Source of the DNA: a virus
Direction: 5' to 3' (one strand)
Length of the DNA: 64,000 bases
Virus record (IMG/VR): IMGVR_UViG_3300009657_000001
Span: 1-64,000 of that record
Each line of letters starts with the position of its first letter. Position 1 is the stretch's first letter. The notes beneath the pieces are model-generated. The model worked only from the letters and a program-made list of their open reading frames with translations, was not told where the DNA came from and made no database searches. Below are positions 24,527-32,329 of the stretch, in pieces. Position numbers and translations under genes: made by a program.

Positions 24527-25981
24527 ATGGATTGGACGCGTGATACAATCGACAGCAACAACCGTGGACCTAAGTTGTCCGATCAGGTTGAAATGCTCGA
24601 TTTGCCGTCTGGTGCGGATTTCAAAGCAATCCGTATGATTGGGCCGTCGAAGCGAGTTGCAAAACATCTTTTACCTGTTTTCAAGGCGGATGGTACGCCT
24701 GTTATGAAGAAGGGGCAGCAGGTTCGCGTTCCCAAGGTATGCCTCGCATACAATCACGAAACAGATGCCTACGAAGGCAGTTGCCCGTATTGCAAGATCG
24801 ATCCGAATACTCCGAAGAAGGAAGTACATACCAACGTTATTGATCGCGAAGAACAAGAGAACGAACCCTCCAAGAAGAAGCCACCGACCGAAAAGGAAAA
24901 GAAGGTGCGCGATATGCACGGCCATAAGTTCCGTGTGAAGGAAGGTAAAGGTGGAGCGTGGACACCGGCACGCTACTGGGTTATCAAATCATCTGTTGGG
25001 ACGAAGCTTACGGATTATACCAAGCTTAACAAGCGCAAAGACAAAGATGGCAACGTCAAGGTCTTCCCGCCGCAGCATCCAAAGGCTGGCTTTGATCTCC
25101 AGATCAAGTTTGACAACACAAAAGCTGGTTCGGAAATGTATTCCGTTGTGAAGGATGAAAAGTCTACTCTTTCCGAGGAAGAACTGAAGTACCTGCTGTG
25201 GGATATCGATGTTGATAAGCCCGAAGACATGGAGACTGCAAAGAAAGAAGCAGCATCGTTTGCAAAGCGTATGAAAGCTGGTGCGCAAGCAAACGGTGAT
25301 TCTGACTCCGACGATGACGACGACGCACCCAAGAAAAAGAAGGGTTCCAAAAAGTCTGCCGAAGACGATTCCTGGGATGAGGATGAAGACTTTGAAGACG
25401 ATGACGAGCCCAAGAAGAAGAAAAAGTCTTCCAAGAAGCCCAAGGACGACGATGACGACGATGCACCTTGGGGTGATGATGACGAAGACGAAAAGCCCAA
25501 GAAGAAAAAGAAGCCTCGTGACGAAGATGAAGACGACGAGGATGACGAACCCAAGAAGAAGTCTTCCAAGAAGTCTAAAAAGTCAGACGATGAAGATTGG
25601 GATTCCGATGACGAAGATGATAGCGATGACGATGACGATGAAGACGAACGTCCGAAGAAAAAATCCAAGGTAAAACCGAAAAAGAAGCCCAAAGATGAGG
25701 ACGATTGGGATTCGGATGATGACGAGGATTCCGACGAAGATGAGGACGAAGAGGATGAGCGCCCCAAAAAGAAGTCGAAGTCCAAAGAAAAGGTAAAGCC
25801 GAAATCTTCCAAGAAGAAGTCCGAAGATTGGGATGACGACGAAGACGATGATGACTCGGATGAAGATGATGACGAGGATGAGGAAGAAGAACGTCCGAAG
25901 AAGTCTTCTAAGAACGCATCAAAGGCCAAGTCGAAAAAGAAGCCCAAGGACGACGATGACGACTCAGATTGGGATGACTAG
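24527..25981 (+). CDS. gp32-like ssDNA-binding protein with a C-terminal tail of about 230 aa made of alternating acidic and basic blocks
   Basis: The N-terminal half has KAIRMIGP and a Cys-x4-His...Cys-x2-Cys zinc motif (CLAYNHETDAYEGSCPYC), as in T4 gp32. The tail is described under findings. Confidence 0.6.
   Translation: MDWTRDTIDSNNRGPKLSDQVEMLDLPSGADFKAIRMIGPSKRVAKHLLPVFKADGTPVMKKGQQVRVPKVCLAYNHETDAYEGSCPYCKIDPNTPKKEVHTNVIDREEQENEPSKKKPPTEKEKKVRDMHGHKFRVKEGKGGAWTPARYWVIKSSVGTKLTDYTKLNKRKDKDGNVKVFPPQHPKAGFDLQIKFDNTKAGSEMYSVVKDEKSTLSEEELKYLLWDIDVDKPEDMETAKKEAASFAKRMKAGAQANGDSDSDDDDDAPKKKKGSKKSAEDDSWDEDEDFEDDDEPKKKKKSSKKPKDDDDDDAPWGDDDEDEKPKKKKKPRDEDEDDEDDEPKKKSSKKSKKSDDEDWDSDDEDDSDDDDDEDERPKKKSKVKPKKKPKDEDDWDSDDDEDSDEDEDEEDERPKKKSKSKEKVKPKSSKKKSEDWDDDEDDDDSDEDDDEDEEEERPKKSSKNASKAKSKKKPKDDDDDSDWDD
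25295..25978 (+). repeat. Coding low-complexity repeat: about 7 K-rich blocks alternating with D/E-rich, Trp-containing blocks
   Basis: Reiterated GAT/GAC/GAA runs alternate with AAG/AAA runs. The peptide pattern is (E/D)(R)PKKK(S/K)...DD(W)D(S)DD. Confidence 0.9.
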
Positions 25982-25994
25982 TATGTAACATTTA

Positions 25995-26024
25995 GGGAGA
26001 GCGCGAAGCTCTCCCTTTTCTTTT
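25995..26024 (+). terminator. Rho-independent terminator
   Basis: Stem GGGAGAGC pairs with GCTCTCCC around a 5-nt loop and is followed by TTTTCTTTT. Confidence 0.8.
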
Positions 26025-26033
26025 GAGGTAGCT

Positions 26034-26561
26034 ATGTGGAGCAATGCGAATCTGAAAAATGACGCATGGTTTTTAAAAGCTGTTGAAAAGGGTTTGTTAC
26101 TCGTTAGTAGACAAGGAATTGTAACAAACCCTAAAACTGGTAACATTTTAGGATCTAAACCTTTAGCAAAAGCTGGCGGTTATCATCGTGTCTGTCTTTC
26201 GTACAAGGGTAGAAATCATTCGATCTACCTACATAGATTGGTTTGGCTAGTATTCAAAGGTCCAATACCTGAAGGTTATCAGGTAAACCATAAAAATGGA
26301 AATAGATCGAAAAATTGTTTGAGTAACTTTAATTTAAAAACCAATGCCGAAAACACTGAGCACGGTTATAGAAGACTTGGGAATTCTCAACGATCAGGTG
26401 TGAATCACAAGCTTTCAGCTTTTAATGCCAGTCAAGTTCGAGAAATACGAAAGCTCTACCGTAAAGGAAGTACACAGAAGAGTATTGCAGATCGTTTCCA
26501 CGTGTCACAAAAGGCAGTATTTAATGTGGTTAACTACCGGTCATACACAGAGGTTGCTTAA
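26034..26561 (+). CDS. HNH homing endonuclease with a C-terminal helix-turn-helix module
   Basis: The HNH region reads GYHRVCLSYKGRNHSIYLHRLVW...VNHKNGNRSKNCLSNFNL. The C-terminus reads STQKSIADRFHVSQKAVFNV. The gene is AT-rich and sits between the SSB and recombinase genes. Confidence 0.8.
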   Translation: MWSNANLKNDAWFLKAVEKGLLLVSRQGIVTNPKTGNILGSKPLAKAGGYHRVCLSYKGRNHSIYLHRLVWLVFKGPIPEGYQVNHKNGNRSKNCLSNFNLKTNAENTEHGYRRLGNSQRSGVNHKLSAFNASQVREIRKLYRKGSTQKSIADRFHVSQKAVFNVVNYRSYTEVA

Positions 26562-28111
26562 TGGCGAGAATAGCTAAAAAGAAAGAACGAACAACACCAA
26601 AAACGAAGGCCGCGAAACACACACGCGCACCGCGCAATGAGGTTGTTGAACTTACACGCGCACAAAAGATGGCGCTTTTCTATTCGAAAGAATCGAAAGG
26701 TATTGAAAACGATCTCACGCTGGTATCAAACACAATCAAAGAGCCTGAACGCCTCTCCACTGGTGTCCTTGTTCTTGATTGGATATCCGGCGGAGGTAAG
26801 GTCCCAGGTCTTCTTATTGTTGCAGGTGAAGAAGCCTCTGGTAAAACAACACAATTGTTTCATAGTATTGCGCAATCTCATGGTGTTATGAAGCTTCCAA
26901 CCACGAAGATGTGGGATGCAGAAGGATCAACATCGCCAAAATACGCAGGTAACATCCTTTCACCGTTCGGTCTTGATTTTAAGACTCTCATGACCGAACA
27001 AGGGCATGATGAAGGGTTTTATTACTTCCGTAACAACGTCATTGAACGTATGTTTGATTATCTCAAACGTACACTTAGCCAAATGCCTGATAAGAATTGG
27101 GTTTCCCAGATTGAAAGCTGGGCTTATTTCTTTCCGAAACGCGACGACGTTGCAAAACGTTTGATGCAAGCACTCGACGTTAAGGCTGATAAAACGTTGT
27201 CGGCTGGTGGCGACTTCTACGTATGTCCGACAGATTATGGTGGTCCAGAAGGCTTGTTTGCAGTTGATAGCTTTGCATCGCTGCTTACCAAAGCAGAGGA
27301 ACAAAAGGAAGATTCTGATAAGGGTAAACGATCTGCACTGGAAGCAAGTGCCTTCTCTGAGCATTTGAAACGTGTTAAAGTCGATCTGTTTGATAAAAAG
27401 ATCATTATGTATGGAACCAATCAGCTAGGTTCACATGTACGCGCTGTTTATGGTTCGCCAGAAGATCAATTGTATGAAAAGGGTGGTAACGCACTCAAGT
27501 TCTACAGTGATGAACGTAGTCGTACCTTTAGCCGTTCTCCGTCAAACGGTGCAAAATGGGGGCCGTTTACCTGGGATAAAGATAATTCTAAATTTGGCAT
27601 AGAAGAATCTGTCGAAGCAAAAGGGACAGATCGTTATGCATATAAAGAAGCGAAAAATACCAAGAACAAATTTGGTAAACCGGGACTAAAGGCACCGTAT
27701 CGAGTTTGGGTCAGTGACGCACACGGAAATCCTCGCGGTATTGATCCAGTGTTTGACGTTTGGGTGCATTTGCGCAATACAGGACAGCTTGGAAAAGACG
27801 GACAGTCTACATTCAAGTTTCGTTTGAAGCCTGGTGTTGGTAAGAAGCGTGCAGCAAAGCTAAATGCACTCAAGGGATTCAAATTCCCAGTATTCAAAAA
27901 GCTTATCATCGCTGAATACACTAACAACGAACGTTTGTTGCGCGAAGCGCTATCGGAATTGGGAGCAGACTTCAAGCCCGGTCTTCGTATCGCTCTTTTC
28001 GCACAAATGAAGAACTTCGAAGATGAGGTATACTCCAACGTCAAGGATTCTGCCAAGACAGAAGCGGATGAGATGGAGGATGCACCAGACGAAGATTATG
28101 AAAGCATTTGA
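26561..28111 (+). CDS. RecA/UvsX-family recombinase
   Basis: LSTGVLVLDWISGGGKVPGLLIVAGEEASGKTT covers the RecA N-terminal core and Walker A. Walker B-like is FAVDSFASLL, followed by MYGTNQL. The C-terminal tail is acidic. Confidence 0.7.
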   Translation: MARIAKKKERTTPKTKAAKHTRAPRNEVVELTRAQKMALFYSKESKGIENDLTLVSNTIKEPERLSTGVLVLDWISGGGKVPGLLIVAGEEASGKTTQLFHSIAQSHGVMKLPTTKMWDAEGSTSPKYAGNILSPFGLDFKTLMTEQGHDEGFYYFRNNVIERMFDYLKRTLSQMPDKNWVSQIESWAYFFPKRDDVAKRLMQALDVKADKTLSAGGDFYVCPTDYGGPEGLFAVDSFASLLTKAEEQKEDSDKGKRSALEASAFSEHLKRVKVDLFDKKIIMYGTNQLGSHVRAVYGSPEDQLYEKGGNALKFYSDERSRTFSRSPSNGAKWGPFTWDKDNSKFGIEESVEAKGTDRYAYKEAKNTKNKFGKPGLKAPYRVWVSDAHGNPRGIDPVFDVWVHLRNTGQLGKDGQSTFKFRLKPGVGKKRAAKLNALKGFKFPVFKKLIIAEYTNNERLLREALSELGADFKPGLRIALFAQMKNFEDEVYSNVKDSAKTEADEMEDAPDEDYESI

Positions 28112-28212
28112 TAGCGTCGAAAGCGCTATCGGATCGAAAAGCCTTATAAACCGGGCTTTTTCAGGGGCTAGACAGGCCGATCCGAATCGTCTAGCCTAGA
28201 GATAGGTTGCAA

Positions 28213-28224
28213 CCGTAAAGAACC
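28213..28224 (+). promoter_or_regulatory. Phage promoter-like motif CCGTAAAGAACC
   Basis: Intergenic, ending 68 nt upstream of the ATG at 28292. Confidence 0.4.
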
Positions 28225-28291
28225 TGTGTAGGAAATGACCTTCCGGTTAAAACCTAAAGTTAGCTAACAACCTCAATTGGAGAAATACAGA

Positions 28292-28771
28292 ATGGCACGC
28301 AAGTCTAACGCCAAGAACGATCTCAAGGCCGCTATCGACGAACTCGATGACGAAATTGCAGGTGCGCTGCTTCCGCTCGTTACCAAGCTCGCTGACGCCG
28401 ACGCCGATTCGGCTGCCGACGATGAAGACGATCTTGACGATGATCTCGATGACGATCTGGATGATGCACCGAAGTCGAAGCGCGGCGCCAAGAAGTCTTC
28501 CAAGAAGTCCAAGGACGAAGATGAAGACGACCTGGACGACGATGATGACCTTGACGACGATCTGGATGATGAAGATGACCTGGACGGCGACGATGACGAC
28601 GACCTCGAAGATGACGAGGACGACGAAGACGAGGATGAAGACGAAGAGGACGAAAAGCCTGCACGTCGTGGCCGTGGTCGCGGTAAAGCCCCTGCAAAGA
28701 AGGCTCCGGCTAAAAAGGCTCCTGCAAAGAAAGCCCCGGCAAAGAAGACGACTCGTCGCGGTCGCCGCTAA
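28292..28771 (+). CDS. Highly acidic D/L-repeat protein with an RGRGRG plus (KAPAK)x4 basic tail
   Basis: ATG at 28292 follows the RBS GGAG; the ORF track starts at the TTG at 28277. The acidic region reads DDLDDDLDDDLDD...DEDEDEEDE and the tail reads ARRGRGRGKAPAKKAPAKKAPAKKAPAKK. Confidence 0.7.
   Translation: MARKSNAKNDLKAAIDELDDEIAGALLPLVTKLADADADSAADDEDDLDDDLDDDLDDAPKSKRGAKKSSKKSKDEDEDDLDDDDDLDDDLDDEDDLDGDDDDDLEDDEDDEDEDEDEEDEKPARRGRGRGKAPAKKAPAKKAPAKKAPAKKTTRRGRR
28685..28744 (+). repeat. 4 x 15-nt tandem coding repeat (KAPAK)
   Basis: The sequence is AAAGCCCCTGCAAAG / AAGGCTCCGGCTAAA / AAGGCTCCTGCAAAG / AAAGCCCCGGCAAAG. Confidence 0.9.
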
Positions 28772-28788
28772 TAGCATCTAGCACCTTG

Positions 28789-28815
28789 AAAGGCCGGGAT
28801 TTCCCGGCCTTTCTT
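28789..28815 (+). terminator. Rho-independent terminator
   Basis: Stem AGGCCGGGA pairs with TCCCGGCCT and is followed by TTCTT. Confidence 0.75.
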
Positions 28816-28939
28816 GTATCATCGCGGAATATGCATGTTTTTCCAAGAATCAGTTGATTTCGAAGTTATGATTTGCTAATTGTATCTACGAAGGAAACGG
28901 TTCTTTCAAACAACCCACAACAAATCTTTGGAGATTAAG

Positions 28940-29479
28940 ATGTCGAATGTAGTTGTATCGGTTCTGGCTGCAAGCGCAATTCCGACGCGCCTCGTTGGTG
29001 CTGTCACGAAGTCGAAGGATGGCAGCGTTTCGATCACGTACGCTGAACCCGGTCAGGTCAAGAAGACGACCAAGTCGTTCCTGCCGAACGAAATCGTCGC
29101 TGCTCTCGCTGGTGAAGCTGGCTACGTCATCGCAATGCTGAACACACCGATCACCAAGATCGTTGGTGAGCAGGTTATCAAGGACGGTGTTCGTTTCATC
29201 AAGACGGACGGTGGCAACGTTCAGTTGAACCAGCTTCCGGGTGTTACCTTCGACGTGAAGGAAGTCGAAGCGGATTCGAAGGAAGCACGCGCCGCCGAAC
29301 GCGCTGGTCGCGTCAAGGTTCGTGGCGCTCGCCGCCCGGTCGAAGAAGTGAAGAAATCTTCCAAGGCGGATCGTCGCGCTGCTGCGAAGGCTTCTGCCTC
29401 GTCTTCCTCGAAGTCGTCCAAGTCGGAAAAGGCTGAAAAGCCGTCTGCAAAGGACGCGGCTAAGAAGAAGCGCCGTTAA
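28940..29479 (+). CDS. Hypothetical protein with a basic S/K/A-rich C-terminal tail
   Basis: ATG at 28940 follows the RBS GGAG; the ORF track starts at 28880. The tail reads KVRGARRP...KSSKADRRAAAKASASSSSKSSKSEKAEKPSAKDAAKKKRR. Confidence 0.65.
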   Translation: MSNVVVSVLAASAIPTRLVGAVTKSKDGSVSITYAEPGQVKKTTKSFLPNEIVAALAGEAGYVIAMLNTPITKIVGEQVIKDGVRFIKTDGGNVQLNQLPGVTFDVKEVEADSKEARAAERAGRVKVRGARRPVEEVKKSSKADRRAAAKASASSSSKSSKSEKAEKPSAKDAAKKKRR

Positions 29480-29500
29480 GCACATCGTTGTTACTGTTTG

Positions 29501-29525
29501 AGGGCCGAGGAAACTTGGCCCTTTA
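29501..29525 (+). terminator. Probable terminator hairpin
   Basis: AGGGCC pairs with GGCCCT around a 10-nt loop. The T-tract is weak. Confidence 0.45.
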
Positions 29526-29567
29526 ACTGTTTCCAGGGATCATTTTTGGTCTATCGGGAGTTAGACT

Positions 29568-31973
29568 TTGACTGATTTTCTCAAAGATTTAGCCTATGAC
29601 AATATTACGCAGCATCTTGATACATTGGGTGTTCCCGGTGATGGTTTGAACTGGGCACGCGTTCAATTGTATGCTGAATCGTACCACAAGTTAACAAAAG
29701 CAAAACCGGTAAAAGATCCACGCACATTTGAACTAAGCGACGATCAAAAGTCTGCTTGGACAAAGTTGCAAACGTGGGCAATCAATGACAAACCTTACTT
29801 CGTGTTGCGCGGATACGCTGGGGCTGGTAAAGAGCAACCACTTTGGACAAAAGTGCAAACACCGGCTGGCGTAAAAACCTTTGGAAATTTGAAGATTGGT
29901 GACGAGATATACGGCAAAAACGGAAAACTTACTAAAGTAACGGCTGTGTATCCCCAAGGTAGGAAGCCTTTTTATAAAATTACATTCCGTGACAGAGTTT
30001 CGACCTATTGTAGTATAGATCACCTTTGGAATGTTTTTGATAAAAAGGGTAAAAACAGAATTCTAACCACTCAGCAACTTATTGATTCTGGTTTAAGCAA
30101 TAGCGCTGGTTACAAATTTAGCGTACCATTGTGCGAACCTGTTGCATATGAAAAGAAAAAACTTCCAATACATCCCTATGTTTTAGGAGTTTTACTCGGT
30201 AACGGATGTTTGATGGGCGACAACGCAGTTCCACGAATTTCGTGTGCCGCGTATGACACGTTCGTTATGAAAAAAGTTAAGACTCTTGAACCAGAATTCA
30301 CTTATACTCGTCGATTGACCTCTGAAAATTGTTTTGAATACAACATTAGAGACAATGAGTATAGAAATCGTATGAAAATTGCTCTGAAAGAGCTTGGTTT
30401 GTGGGGTATGTCATCGAGAAATAAATTTATTCCCAAAACTTACTTGTTGTCATCAATTGAAGACAGGAAAGCGCTGTTGGCAGGTCTATTGGATACTGAT
30501 GGGTCAGCCTCTCAAAATGGTGGTGGTCGTTATTCTACATACTCCACACGACTTATGAAGGGCATTCGTAGGCTGGTGCAATCGCTTGGCGGCTTAGCAA
30601 TGCTAGACCCGTCGTCCAAAAAGCATGATGAATACTCTGTGAATATATCGATGCTTTTTAATCCGTTCACTTTACCACGTAAAGTGAAACGGTACATGGT
30701 GCATAAATCGCGGTTTAATAAACCCAAGAGAGCTATCACTAAAATAGAGTACATGGGAGAAACTGAGCAACAGTGCATTACAGTTGCGGCAAAAGACCAT
30801 TTGTATCTTACGGATCATTTCATAGTAACGCATAATACTTTTCTGCTGCAACTGATGAAAGACCTTGACATTGAGTTGATGTTCACGGCTCCTACAAACA
30901 AAGCGACCAAAGTGCTTGGGAATGCTGTCACAGCAAAAGCAAGTACCACATTTAGTGCGCTCGGTATCAAGATGGCACAGAATGAAGACGGTTTGGAGCT
31001 CAAATTTAGTGATACTCCACCGCACATTCCGAAAGGAACTGTGTTGGTTATCGATGAATCAAGTATGGTTGGTGAAATTCTCTACGATTTCATTGTTGAA
31101 ACACAAGATCGCACCGATTGTAAGGTTCTCTTCGTTGGAGATCCTGCGCAGCTACCGCCGGTTGGTGAACTGCGTAGCAAAACGTGGCAAGCAACAAAAG
31201 ACCTATCATGTCGTGCGTTCTTGAAACAAATCATGCGTTATGATAACGAGTTGCTCAAGCTTGCAACGGATATCCGCACATGCATTGAAGATCAAGACTT
31301 CCATGTGCAGATTAAAAACAACAATAACGGTGAAGAAGGTGTGTTTGTACATAAAAACATCACCACACCGATCCTAAAGTTCAAGAACCCCGCAGATTGG
31401 CAGTCGCGTAAGATCATTGCATGGCGCAACAAGACTGTGAACAACTACAATGAAATGCTGCGTGAAAACTTCGGTTTCAACGAGCGCTTCAATGTTGGAG
31501 ACATTCTGCTTCTAGCAGAACCGATTGAGGAAGATGGCAACATTGTTGCAAGCATCGATGAAGAATTCAGTGTTGTTGACGTCCATAAGGATGCGCGCAC
31601 TGTTGAGCATAGAGGGAACACATACAGCGTTCCAGTATGGCGTCTTGAAGCAAAAGGTGACGTCGACCAGATCTTGTACATTGCGATCAACGATTCCAAT
31701 GTTGATAAAATCCTATCAGAGAAGGCAGGTGATGCACGTTCGGCGCAACCGTCTGCGAAGCGTGCTGCGTGGCGTGATTTCTGGGAGACGAAGTCACTCT
31801 TTCACAAAGTCCGTTATGGGTATGCGCTTACAGCGCATCGCGCACAAGGTAGTACGTACTCCGAAGTGTTTTTGGATCGGCGCGATATTTTGCTGAACCA
31901 GAACAAGAAAGAGGCTTGGCGCTGCCTCTATGTCGCCGCGACACGCGCAACGACAAGTATTCACACGTTTTGA
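29568..31973 (+). CDS. SF1 RecD/Dda-like DNA helicase, interrupted by an intein in the Walker A motif
   Basis: TTG start follows the RBS GGGAG. Splicing joins GYAGAGK to TFLLQ, giving the P-loop GAGKT. Other motifs are TAPTNKATKVL, VLVIDESSMV, FVGDPAQLPPV and ALTAHRAQGSTY. Confidence 0.8.
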   Translation: MTDFLKDLAYDNITQHLDTLGVPGDGLNWARVQLYAESYHKLTKAKPVKDPRTFELSDDQKSAWTKLQTWAINDKPYFVLRGYAGAGKEQPLWTKVQTPAGVKTFGNLKIGDEIYGKNGKLTKVTAVYPQGRKPFYKITFRDRVSTYCSIDHLWNVFDKKGKNRILTTQQLIDSGLSNSAGYKFSVPLCEPVAYEKKKLPIHPYVLGVLLGNGCLMGDNAVPRISCAAYDTFVMKKVKTLEPEFTYTRRLTSENCFEYNIRDNEYRNRMKIALKELGLWGMSSRNKFIPKTYLLSSIEDRKALLAGLLDTDGSASQNGGGRYSTYSTRLMKGIRRLVQSLGGLAMLDPSSKKHDEYSVNISMLFNPFTLPRKVKRYMVHKSRFNKPKRAITKIEYMGETEQQCITVAAKDHLYLTDHFIVTHNTFLLQLMKDLDIELMFTAPTNKATKVLGNAVTAKASTTFSALGIKMAQNEDGLELKFSDTPPHIPKGTVLVIDESSMVGEILYDFIVETQDRTDCKVLFVGDPAQLPPVGELRSKTWQATKDLSCRAFLKQIMRYDNELLKLATDIRTCIEDQDFHVQIKNNNNGEEGVFVHKNITTPILKFKNPADWQSRKIIAWRNKTVNNYNEMLRENFGFNERFNVGDILLLAEPIEEDGNIVASIDEEFSVVDVHKDARTVEHRGNTYSVPVWRLEAKGDVDQILYIAINDSNVDKILSEKAGDARSAQPSAKRAAWRDFWETKSLFHKVRYGYALTAHRAQGSTYSEVFLDRRDILLNQNKKEAWRCLYVAATRATTSIHTF
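29832..30836 (+). mobile_element. Class 3-type intein (335 aa) with LAGLIDADG endonuclease, in the helicase P-loop
   Basis: There is no Cys/Ser/Thr at the N-terminus (EQPLWTKV). Block B is SIDHLW (Trp at B12), block F is EQQCITV (Cys at F4), block G is IVTHN (Thr at G5), and the +1 residue is Thr. The LAGLIDADG motifs are LGVLLGNGCL and LLAGLLDTDGSA. Confidence 0.75.
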
Positions 31974-31979
31974 GTCGAC

Positions 31980-32008
31980 TTTACTTTCGTCGCGATCTGT
32001 GTTATACT
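31980..32008 (+). promoter_or_regulatory. Sigma70-like promoter (TTTACT-17 nt-TATACT with upstream TGTGT)
   Basis: It shares GTGTTATACT with the sites at 44441 and 51521. It lies 23 nt upstream of the ATG at 32031. Confidence 0.6.
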
Positions 32009-32030
32009 AAAGTATAAAGGGCAGTAGACC

Positions 32031-32321
32031 ATGCTTGTTACACAACTCCCCAAAGATACAATTCTCACAGGAACTCAAGTCAAAGAGTATCGCAAGCTGT
32101 GTGATCTTACACGGAAAGAATTTGGTGCGTACCTTGGGTATAGTGAGAGCGGTATTCAAGGAATTGAAGAACGCGGTGATCAAGAAGTTATGAAGGTTTT
32201 CTCAATCGCGTTGCGGATGGCATCGGCTGATATTGCAATGAAATTGCATCGGAAAGAATTGATTTTTGACGACGTTCGAGACGATTTGCTCACAGTCGCA
32301 AAGTTGCTCGAAGCGCACTAA
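32031..32321 (+). CDS. XRE-family helix-turn-helix regulator
   Basis: The HTH_3 pattern reads GTQVKEYRKLCDLTRKEFGAYLGYSESGIQGIEERG. Confidence 0.7.
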   Translation: MLVTQLPKDTILTGTQVKEYRKLCDLTRKEFGAYLGYSESGIQGIEERGDQEVMKVFSIALRMASADIAMKLHRKELIFDDVRDDLLTVAKLLEAH

Positions 32322-32329
32322 GGTGAAAC

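Noticed and set aside
25015-25947. A 310-aa Ser-rich minus-strand ORF, and alternative + strand frames, across the SSB tail.
   Set aside because: These are artefacts of the GAT/GAA/AAG low-complexity repeat, which stays open in several frames. The + frame is continuous with the gp32-like core and ends at a terminator.
25295-25978. The possibility that the reiterated sequence is a CRISPR array or a non-coding tandem repeat.
   Set aside because: There are no constant-length direct repeats separated by unique spacers. The periodicity is at codon level, inside an open reading frame.
28247-29485. Minus-strand and alternative-frame ORFs (28247-28777, 28347-28781, 28380-28697, 28886-29485) over the acidic/basic protein genes.
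   Set aside because: The same low-complexity effect applies. Only the + frames starting at 28292 and 28940 have an RBS, a promoter motif and a following terminator.
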